A DNA stretch of 62,044 nt, filler included, from Bipalium vagum (lineage: Eukaryota): NCBI GenBank assembly GCA_037834085.1. It is 3 parts of 3 records of this genome, joined end to end, with 100 filler letters (N's around TTAATTAATTAA, not from the genome) between each part and the next. Parts side by side here need not be neighbours in the genome. Positions count along the whole stretch, not along the records: positions 40,385 to 62,044 come from JBBMKC010233834.1; 2 more parts are not named here. One strand, given 5' to 3'. Below, one piece after another: positions 51,119 through 62,044 of this stretch (position 1 is its first letter; each line of letters starts with the position of its first letter). The notes beneath the pieces are model-generated. The model ran no database searches and had not been told where the DNA came from. It was given only the letters and a program-made list of their open reading frames with translations. The translations under genes and the position numbers were made by a program.

Positions 51119-54100
51119 GTAAGTAATATTAAAAGTAGAAAATAAATGTTTTTTTAATGTTCCTTGAACTTTTTATTGAAATGATAATTTATAATTTTAA
51201 GAAAAATAAATGAAATATTAAATTGATCATCATTGGAATTTGTTTTAATAATTTAAATAATTACAATTTTGAAAACTCACCAAATTTAAAAATTAGTAAA
51301 GATGACATTACAAACGTTTAATGATATTTGGAAATTTAGTTTTAAATGTTACAACAGTTAATGAAGATGAAAGAGTTTTTTGAAAAAATAATTTATTTTT
51401 TATTTAGAAAAATTCAATATAAAACAAATACAAAAAGCAGCATTTTCTATATTCTATCGCGACATGTTGACTATTGAGTACCTTTGAGGCTTAGGTTTTT
51501 TCCCGATATGTAAAAAATCAAGTTAGAATATTAAATTCCAAAACTCTATTCATTCAAAGACGATGTTGATATCATTTTGGTGATGTGTTCACGGATTTAT
51601 TGTGATTCTTGACAGTAATCTAATTGCATACTCAAAGCATTTATTTATCCAATTATCATCCGACCATTGACATCGTTGAAACAAATTGTCAAATTCAAAT
51701 ATCTAACATGATTTATATAGCTACACTATATAAATATTTACAGATGTATTAAAATGCTACCTAAGTGTTTTTTCTTCAAAAACTAAATATATTTATGAAA
51801 CTGGAATTTAAGTTTTACCAGAGTGCTGATAAAAGTTGTGTGATATAATTTACTTTTCTTAATAAAATATTTATTAAAATTCGTTTAAAAATGAAACTTA
51901 CGGATGAACTTAGTAAAATTTTTACTTTAAATAATAAATAATAAATTACTGGATGACAATAAAGTTCACGAACAAATACTTTTACGTCTATTTTTAAACT
52001 TAAAAATTTCTAACTGTTCCTTTTCAATTGAAACGGCCATATTATAATATTGCGCTTTGATCATTTAAAAAATCAATTAATTAGGTTAATACAGTATAAC
52101 AAAGCAAAGAAAGAATAACTAAATAAAGATCAGTAATATTTGATAAAAATTAATCAAAATACGATTGCCTTAATTTTATTCAAGAACTTTATCGTCACTG
52201 CAATAAATCACTTTAATTAAGTAATAATGTGTTTGAAAAGTATTTAAAAGATTCCCGGATAATATTGGATTTTAATTTATATTTTACTTAATTCCATACA
52301 GATATTTGAACCGATGTAAAGTTTCAAACAAAGAGAGAGAAATGACCAAAAAGAATAAAAGAACCCTTTATAGAACTAAGATTCTTAGGAAAGATAGTTA
52401 AGGAATGATAGATGGGAATTTTTTCTAAATTTATGCCTTTATGACTTATGAGAATTGAAATAACACTCTACAATTTGTAAATTATATTAAAGTTTTAAAA
52501 AAGGCCCATTTTTATTTATAGTAGACACTAGGCGATAGAGTAGTATAAGAAAGAATACTTTAAATTAGATAAAATACTTACATAAAGATCACCATATATA
52601 CTGACTGTCTCTTTAAACGACTTTGGTTAAGAATTTCTAAAGCAAAATACAGACTAAGTGTTCTTATGGGCAACCTTTCATATTTGATTAAAAGGAAGAA
52701 TATAAAAGAACAATTAGGAAAATTCGTTTAAAGGCAATATTTCCTATTAGTCGACATTATTTCGATGGACAAAAATTGTAAATGTTTCCCTTGCTTCACC
52801 ACATATGTGATTTTGGACATTATGCTGATTCCTCTTGTACTGTTTGAGATTTCTAATCTCAACCTTTACAATCACAATATAATTCTTTGATATAATCATT
52901 TTTTATACTTGGGTTTCTTGTTGAATATGAATATCCTTTTTGAAACATGATGCATCTGTAAGAGTATTTTCCAAGCAGCTTCAGTATTTAATAGTCGGAA
53001 AATCTTTTTCTTTTTTAAATTAATTAAAATCTTAGATCGGAATAAATAACCTGTATAGTACATTTCAAAGTTAAAGAGTAATATGTAAGATACATGTAAA
53101 GTTCTTATTAATAATTAACATTATTTGGAAGTGGGGTTAGGCGAAATAATTATTACAAAGGAATCAGTGTTAGATCCTGGACACCATAATATTTTTAAAC
53201 CGAATCCACGATCACCATTAAAAAACACCAAATACTTTTTTCATTTCACTGCAAATAAATAATTAAAATTCATAAAACTTTTTTGTTAGTTAATATGTTT
53301 TCGCGTAAGTATTCTGCCAAGTTTGATTTCATTACCGGAAGGAACTTAATTTTCTTTTCCGTGCATTTCTGTGTTAGCAATATGATATCATGATAGGTTT
53401 TAAACTCAACGCCAACCATAACCAGTGCAATTAATGATTACCCATCTGGCTTCTGTCTTTTGATTTACAAGAGGAGAAATATCAAATATTTGGAAGTAAT
53501 CAATTTTACATTGCTTGAATATTCCAGAGGAAAAATATGCTGACTTGATTCTGTTTTCCAACATAAACAAGTTAAAGTCAAAAAATAAAGTTTGATACTT
53601 ACATTATGACATTTTTAAATTTGTCAAGGTCATTTTAAAATGTTAGTTTAATGCCAAGAGTTTATATTAATTTAATAACGCTTTTTGTTTAAAATATCGT
53701 AAAATTCAAATTAAACCCTCTTAGATCAATAAGTTTTTGAAAAATTAAGATTGCGAACTTTTTCACTGTCATAAAATAACTTAGAATTTTTTAGTTACAT
53801 ATTTTTTAATAATGAATTTTCGTACATTGTTAACGTGATCTAAGAAAAATTAAATGCTGAAAAAAGGATACCTCTGCTTACAGCGCATAAAATCCAAAAA
53901 TATCAAAATGACATATCATGAAAATATTTTATTATTTAAATTTATAATAAAAAGGACTGTTTTCTTAATAAATTCTCAAGAGTTTATCTGAGAAGCAGGA
54001 GTAATTTAATTTTGAGTCTTATCATTGTTAAAATATCAATTAATACCAGATATTGTTTTTTATATTCATGTTTATATTCAGTTGCTCCCAAAAGTCAGTT

Positions 54101-54399
54101 GACAAGCCTATATAGTTTGTATTTTAGCGAATATTTTTTAAAAGTTTAATTACATGAGATTTCATGTGATACATACCTTGAATATTAAGGATTAAAAGTA
54201 CACCAATTTTACTGGATATTGAGGACATTTTATTTGCCAAAGTTAAGCTTAACAATTTATCCCAAGCATAAGTAAGTTAACAAATATTTGAATATGTGGC
54301 AAAGAGTCCGTAAGATCCAACTAATGGTGTGTTCTCTTTGAATTTGAATACATCACACATTTTCCATTCTACATCAATATTAGTTCGAAAAAAGCTCTA

Positions 54400-54970
54400 T
54401 TTTTAGCCTACTATTATGATAACTAAATATTTTCAGTCACCGGAATTTAAACTCTCATGTTAAATCACTTGAAACCCATTTGCTTAACTTCCATCCTTTC
54501 CAATCTGATGCACATGCCTTCTAATTATTTCTTCGTTGATATTAAATATCAATCCAAGTTTTTTACATGTCAATACTCAAATCTAACCTAATTTTTTTCA
54601 ATCATCATTGTTTATGGAAACTGGTCTCCCAAATCTGGGTTCACCTTCCAGATTCTATTTGCCAATATAAACTTTTGGAACTAATTAGGAACAGTTTTTT
54701 TTACTGTGCCTTCTTCAAATGCTAAAACAATTTTTTTCGACGCGTTTCTGATGCATCAGATACAAGCTTGAATTAATAAAATAAACAGGAATGACTGATT
54801 AGATTTCTAATCAAAAATTATCCAAAATACGATTATAACATTTTAAAATATGAACAAACATATTTGATTTTAAATAATGTATTTAAACAAAGTTTTTGTA
54901 CAAGAAAATAATAAATTATTCGTTGAAATATAAATTACAAAATCGGGAAAATCTTAATTGGACATCCAAT
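54400..54970 (-). mobile_element. Mariner 5' half relic
   Basis: Degraded AFEEGTV..., EPRFGRP, RRHVHQIGK fragments; TIR-like AAATCGGGAAAATCTTAATTGGACATCCAA near 54940-54969. Confidence 0.55.
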
Positions 54971-56699
54971 TTAGCACTATAACAAAATTCACAAAAGATT
55001 TAATTCATAATGATTTGCATTGTGAATAAGACTTTCCCTAATAATTCTCAACTGTTTTTATTATCAAACCCCATCTATTTCCGATGATGTTGAAGTGCTA
55101 TGTAAGATAAGCAACCATGAAAGTTGTTAACCGGCTATCTCATTTATCTTTAAAAGACATTTTGTTCTCCTTTCCAAATCCTCTAAACTCTCCCTTGTAT
55201 ATTTATTATATATTTCAAATTTCATTTGAATAATTAATAACATTTTTTGTTCAGCTGTCTTCCATTATACCCACTTTGTGAAAAATTATCTTGTCAGTCA
55301 AAAATTAAAATAATTGCATATTTTTATAATAAAATGTGACAAATTCAACGAATTACCAATTTTTTATTATAAATATTTTTTATTATAAATATTTTTTTTA
55401 AAATATTATTTATCTATAAATAATTTTAAATATTACATTATAATTTTATAATTATAATAATTATAATATTATTAATACAAAAATATAAATCTTTATCTTA
55501 TCTAAACTATTAATTTCATGATTTTAGAAAGCTTTTTTTATAATTATATATATTATATATTATTTAAATTATTATTAAATAATTTAATATTATTAAATTA
55601 AATTTTATTAATTATTTTTAAATAAATGATAAATAAATATTTATTAATACATATAAAATATTCCATCAGCTGAAATATTTCAGATAAATTCTTATAAATA
55701 TTTTCCAATGCTTCCTTTCGGATTTATTATTATTATAATAAATGCTTTTTTCCGGAACATTTTTTATCTCGTTCTTAAAAATGATTTATATCAAGAGAAA
55801 AAATTTTAAATATTATTATTTTTTTTCATATTTATGATTTTTATTTAAACAAGAAAATAATTTTAAACTGCTCAAGTGTAACTAAATTTTCGAGCTGATA
55901 TTTTATTCATGAGCTGAGCAAAATAAAAAACTTTAAAATATTAACCAAACATTTAATTATTTTTATATTTTTTAAATTAATTCGAAAGTTTTAAAAATGC
56001 TTCATTTTAACTAAATAACATAAAAAAGTGAATGAAGTGCCTTGATATTTCTTTCCTATTATTTATTTTCTATATGTTTTTATTTATTTATTTTAATGGC
56101 GTGTGTTTAGAGGGAACTTGAAGATATTTCCTATTAAAGAATATTTGCACTAGAATTGTAACCATATCCGATAATGATTACATAGTTTTGACTACAAAGT
56201 AAGATTCAACAAAGTAAGTTGTCAGAGTCTAAAAAAGAACAAAAATAGCGGTTTATGAAAGATTGTTGAAAATTAGTTCAGTTGATGATAAGCTTAGGCC
56301 ATCAAAGGAAATCGGTCGTTAAACTCTAGATCACCATAGAAGTCCCTGAGAGAAATGATGTATTCAAACAAGACCTCGTTCCGATCAAAGTGGAAAGGAC
56401 AATCAGACATGATTTTATGAAGATTTAATCTGTAAACGAGGTTTAATCTGTTTAAACGAGGTTTCTGTTCTCCTTTTTCCCCAGACCACAATCGCCTAGT
56501 AGAAGATTCACATAGGTCTTCACCAGTAATTACGAATTTAAAAGAATCTTCTTACGACCCATATTATGGGATACCAAATTCATCAATTATTGAATAAATA
56601 CTTCCACCAGATATTCCGGCAGCCTTAGAAAATTCAATTATCATTATACATAGCTTATCACGGATTTATTCAAAAAGAAGTTCAGAATTTTAATCGCTA

Positions 56700-56920
56700 A
56701 TACTGGTGGATGGTTTTCACTTCTAAGCTTGTCTTAAATATTGGAATCTTCGTTTTTAATCGATTTATACATTTTCTAGCATTGCTAACACCAATTGTCT
56801 CACTTTTGTATACATTACTGTGAAAATCTAGTTGATGATTTTTCGCAGCGTTGTTTTCACCAGATTTAAACAAAAGATATACCATATGCCCTTGTTTTAT
56901 TTTCGTACTAATTTCAGGGT
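56700..56920 (-). mobile_element. Mariner N-terminal relic
   Basis: HMVYLLFKSGENNAAK...NVYKSETIGVSNARKCINRLK resembles the mariner HTH. Confidence 0.5.
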
Positions 56921-57789
56921 CTACGATATTTAAAGTAATATATTTAAACAAAAATAGTAATATTATTCTAAAATTATAATTCTTCATATTTATAAATGAA
57001 AAGGTTGTTATGTATAAACATCAATATTTTAAATTGTTTGATAATTTCGAGAAACGTAAGTAAAACCAATCGTTGTAAATATATGAACATTTTATACTCA
57101 CAAGAAAAACATTATAATAGGTGACATGATATGGATAAGTATAGAAAAAAATATATATATATATATTTCCTGCTTGTGGGCATAAGTCAAAAAATAGGTA
57201 CGAAACTCAAAACTGTTTATTGAGAAAGGGGTTAGCGTGAGGATCTAGTTTCTTCCCAAACCCTTTTCTATGCGGATAATAAATGCAACTATGATGGCCC
57301 AATTATTTCCTTCAGTCCGAAATTTAGATGAAAGAAATTTTTTTGAGATATAGATACCCTCTGCAATCTCACAGTATTTATTACTTAATTTGGAGCTTTC
57401 TCTTTTTTATAACTTTTTTCATACCATATGAAAACCATATTTTTCATGTCATCTAACAAAAGATTTAATGATCTCCCAAGAACCTCATCGTTTATTGTAT
57501 GATATTACCTGCACTTGAAATTATAATGCTTTTTATATTCCATCGGTCACTATGCTGACCTCTTGACTGAAACCAAAACATTTAATCAATCTCTTAATTA
57601 GACAATAACCGTTTAAAAATTCAATGATTTCTGAAAGTCAAAATGAATGTTTATTACAAATACCTTCCATCATTATTAACACTTTCCATACTGAAGATAA
57701 CGTATTCACAGTTCGTTTTATAAAAATTCAATTGGTTTCCAGAAACTCCGCAACTTTAGGTACTTTTTGATTATCTGTATTATTCCTTA

Positions 57790-57930
57790 AGCCCTGGTCT
57801 AAGAGACCGTGTTAAAGCTACCAAAAAATGATTCCCAAGGATTGATGTCTAGTGAGCGTGACGGTTTCGGTAATACATGAAACCTCAGGTTTTTAACATG
57901 CTGGCCTACGGTCTTGTAACAATAGACCCA
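57790..57930 (-). mobile_element. Tc1-like catalytic relic
   Basis: VLPKPSRSLDINPWE resembles WPSxSPDLNPIE. Confidence 0.45.
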
Positions 57931-58931
57931 CTTGTGATATAGCAACTTCTTCCATATACCTGGCCATTTTGTGGCCATTTGGCGAAGTCAGATTAACTGC
58001 ATTACTTGATCTTAACAAAGATTGCCATTAACAGTTCAAGTTTCTTTTATTCTTTTTCTTTCCTTCATTTTCTTTTTAATTATATTTATTGATTACAGTG
58101 CTTCATAATACATAATATTTTTATAATTGTATAATTCACCCAAAAAATGAAAATTTCGTTCCAACTTGAATTGGTTGACAGGTTGACACAAAGGCCTCCA
58201 AGTGTTTGATTTGCTGAACTCTGAACTTCTCTCTGAACTTCTATAACAAAAGAAGTTATATTATTTTTTTCAAAAATTTATCAAGTGATTTTTTCTTTAT
58301 GCTTCTTTAAGCAGAATCATAAGGTACCCCTTTCCTACTTCTGAATCTTTCCCATATTGATTTATGATTTGTATAGAGAGAAACAAATTGTCTTAGCACT
58401 TTCACATTGTCTTCAAATATTTTAATTCTTTTTCTAATTCATATCAAAATGTCTTGTTCTGAATTGATGAGTTCCTTTAGTTAGACCAAGCTTCTACAAT
58501 AAGCTTCTACAACCAACTTATCAAAAGCATTTTATTCAAATTGAACATGGATAAAGTCTTTTACAAATGTCATGTCGGGCCTAGATTTATCACCTGAAAC
58601 GTAAAATAAAATATAAACTTTTTCACCTCAAGCTTTAATGATACAGAAACCGAAAGATATAACAAAAAGGAGATATTTAAAGGAGATAAATCTTTGTTTT
58701 GGACCTGTTTTCACAAAGATTTCAAAGACTTGAGATTTATAATGGAATTTCAATGAACGTGTAATTATGCACCTTCAGTTTAAATGGAAAAAAAACAACA
58801 TGGATGACGACTATTTTCTCAGAAAAAATTAAATGTTTCATCAACACAATAAAAGATAAATAAGAAAATAGTGAATAAGAAAACTTGTGGGTTTTCTAAT
58901 TATAAATATCTATTTATAATATAATATAATA

Positions 58932-60180
58932 TTAGGTAACCAATAAAGGTCGTGCGGTTTAAGCTCAAAAATAACGAAACACAAATACAAAATCAGTCAT
59001 CGAAATAATCACCGCCACACTTTATAATATTCTGCCAACATGTCACTAAATGTTGTATGCCGGTATTTTGTAAAAATCTTTCGATTATGAATCGAAAAAA
59101 TTGCGGAGGGCATCGATAACAGTATCCCGAGTTTGGAATTGCCGCTGCCTCATAAAATTGTCCAGAGATCGGAAAAGATGGTAATCACTTTGGTAAATAT
59201 CTGGATAATAAGGTGGATGTGGTAATGTTTCACAGCCAAGCTCAGAAAATTTTTCATGTGTTAATCTTGCGATATGAGGCCTGGCGTTATCTTCTAAGAA
59301 GAGCACATTCTTTCGATTGATCAAAGAAGGTTGTTTCTGGATAAGTGCTGCTTTTACACGCACAAGCTGATCACAATAGACTGCAGCGGTGATGGTTTGA
59401 CCACTTTCCAAGAATTCATAATGAATAATTTCGGCTGTTGTCCATCAAACACACAATAAAATTTTTTTTGGATGTAAGGGGTTCTTAGGAGAATGCAGTT
59501 GAGGATAACCCATGACGAGATCGCTTATTTTTGCTGAATAATAGCCCTTTTTCGTCGAAGGTTAATAATCAATCGAGAAAGGACTCTGTTTATATCTTGA
59601 TAAGTTTGCTGAACAAATGGAAAAGCGGCTTATTTTGTTGGATTCTGACAAATCATGTAGGACCCATTTGCTTAATTTCCGCTTATTACCCAGCTGGTGA
59701 AGGTAAACCCGAATGGTTTCGTCGCTCACATTAGACTTTTTGCAAGCTCTAAGCACGTTTAACTGGATTTGCATCGATCACTTCTTTGAGATTGTTGTTA
59801 TCAATGACCGTTGGTCTTCCAGAACGTGCTTCACCGGTTAGGCTGAAATCCCTCAATGAAAATTTTTTAAACCACTTTTGTGCTGCACGATCACTTACAG
59901 CATCATCTCCAAACTCCCTACATATTTTTCGCGCAGCTTCGGCAGCTTTCGTGCCAAGTTCGTATTCATAGAGTAAACTACTTCGAATAAGCGCTTTTTA
60001 TGAGGTCATTTTGACTAAGTAATTGAAGTTTTAAAATAATCTTTTCTAATTTTTTTAAAAATCAATTGAAAGAAAAAATATTACCTAACCGAAATAAAAC
60101 AATATAAATAATTCCTATCAATAAAATCTATCATAATAGGCGGTATTAAAAAAACCGCACGAACTTTATTGGTTACCTAA
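58932..60180 (-). mobile_element. Full-length mariner (DD34D) DNA transposon, 1249 bp
   Basis: 29-bp TIRs TTAGGTAACCAATAAAG(G/T)TCGTGCGGTTT with 1 mismatch, TA on both flanks (58930-31, 60181-82), internal transposase. Confidence 0.95.
58993..60009 (-). pseudogene. Mariner transposase pseudogene
   Basis: MTS*KALIRSSLLYEY...QKWFKKF...RSGRP...KWVLHDL...EDNARPH...HPPYYPDIYQSDYHLFRSL...GGDYFDD*; stops and frameshifts present. Confidence 0.92.
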
Positions 60181-61930
60181 TATAAAGGAGTGCCTTATTA
60201 ACATTATAATTCTTTAGAAAAGTAATAATAATTGTTTAAAAATTTAATTACAATTATTTTTTAATATTATATGAAATACTTCTCTCACAGAATTAAAACT
60301 ATGTACTATTAATGTTAATTAATTTTTAACTATTAAATTAATTATTTTATTATAAATTATTTTTACTGTTTTAATTTATACATTATAAAATAATATTTAT
60401 TTTTTAATTATTAAAAATTAAAAATAAAAATTATTTTCTAAAATTTAAATTTGACAAATTAAATTTGAATAGTTTGATAAATCTGACTGAAAATTAAAGT
60501 TATTTATTTTATTTATTTATTTTACTTAAAAAATCCTTAAAAAATTCCTCTTTTATTGATTGCAAACCAAAATATGTTAACACAGTTAAAAGATAATAAA
60601 GGAAATACAATTTAATTATATTAATATTTTTTTTACATATTAAAAAAAAGTAAAATATTAAATAAAATAAAAATATGAATAAATTTTATTTTGACAGGCT
60701 TTTCAACAGGGTTTGATTGGAAGAAATTATGTTTGGATCATATTTGGGCAAGGACATTATTCCAAAAATCCATTTATTAAAAAAAATAAAATAGACTGCC
60801 AAATGAAGTCCACTTTCCAGTACCACATTGCCCTTGACTACCTTCCCTTCTGGAATGAAGAAATGCATTCAATTTCCAATTTGGTAACTTTTATTATTAA
60901 GATATTCTAAAAAGCCTAAAAAATGTCCTCAACTCTAGAAGCCATATCTTTTCCACCAAATCTACAACGATTATAAAAAAAAATTAATTTTTTATATAAT
61001 AGGTTGAGGAACACCATTTGAGAATGGCGCAAGTGCTTGAGTGTGATACCCAAATATGAAACCACTTTCTAAAACCTCTTTTTGTGATCTTACCCTATTT
61101 TTCTAAAAGGTGAGGTCAAATCTCTCCATTGAATAGACGGAAATGGAAAGTAAACATGGCTGATTAAACTGTTTTAAATATAAACGAACACCCTAAGGCT
61201 TTCTGTAGATTATTTCTCCTATCTTTTAAACTCCTGTCAGGTCGACCAAGGTCTTCGGACTGCTGATTTTCTTCCCGTACTACAAAGTAAAGGTCAATAA
61301 CCCCTTTAATTTTTCATTGTAAGGATAACACTGGTTTATTTCGTAGAAAAACGTGCACCTTCCAGCGTCAGTTTTTATTTCTTCATTTCTTCATTTTTTT
61401 GTATTATGCTATTCCGTTTTAAAAGACTTTACAGTTAGTGTCAGCAGAAGATTGTGGACTTATTTATCATTTTCATTCTACTTCAATGGGGATATTTAGT
61501 GAATCAGAGCTGCTCCCTTTGCTTGAGAAATTTCAGGAAAATGTTAAAAATAATTGATAATTAAGTGATTGATGGAGGAAGAAAGAAGAAATTTCTTGGC
61601 AGAGACTTCACTTAATTATAACTTAAGCCATTTGTGATAAGCTCTGTTTATGATAATATATTACCTTTAGTCTCTGTCACCCCTGCAGTTTCTAATAAAA
61701 ATCGAAATAATTACAGAAAATAATGTTAATTAATAATATCACAGCATTTCTCCGAAACGGTGTTGGGTTAAATTAATTTTTACGATCATTTGAGTAATTG
61801 TTTCTATCACTGAAGAAAATAATCGATTTGCTGACAAAAGGAAAGTTAATACTCATAACTGTTCTATTTATTATTAGGATTTATTAACATTTAAATAATA
61901 ATAATAATAATAATCAAGCTAATAATTTTA

Positions 61931-62044
61931 ATTTTAATATTCATTTTAATATTCATTTTAATATTCATTTTAATATTATTTTTAATATTATTTTTAATAT
62001 TATTTTTAATATTATTTTTAATATTATTTTTAATATTATTTTTA
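61931..62044. repeat. 12-bp minisatellite
   Basis: ATTTTAATATTC x3 then (A/T)TTTTAATATTA x6.5 to window end. Confidence 0.9.

Overview
AT-rich eukaryotic (animal) nuclear DNA; short GT-AG introns, (AAT)n tracts, many mariner relics and a NeSL/R5-type retrotransposon are compatible with a triclad flatworm (inference only). The window is not one locus: two synthetic 100-nt linkers (44 N + TTAATTAATTAA + 44 N, at 24087-24186 and 40285-40384) join three unrelated scaffolds. Scaffold 1 carries a multi-exon SHB/SHD/SHE/SHF-type SH2 adaptor gene on the minus strand (about 3211-22895), whose SH2 exons are missed by the ORF track. Scaffold 2 carries a complete 3-exon FRG1 gene (25369-26281, minus). 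The rest is mostly TE debris: a full-length mariner with TIRs and TA TSD, a hAT MITE, Tc1/DD34E, DD41D, piggyBac and non-LTR relics. Most interesting observations: (i) a mariner transposase interrupted by a 46-nt spliceosomal-type intron that looks born from a tandem duplication of an AG|G site; (ii) a non-coding repeat family present on two scaffolds (27.4-28.1 kb and 48.4-49.0 kb) with a covarying hairpin followed by a putative intron, one copy preceded by a densely structured 200-nt module; (iii) a near-canonical hammerhead-ribozyme core at 24.2 kb. All calls are from manual reading; no database search or folding program was run.
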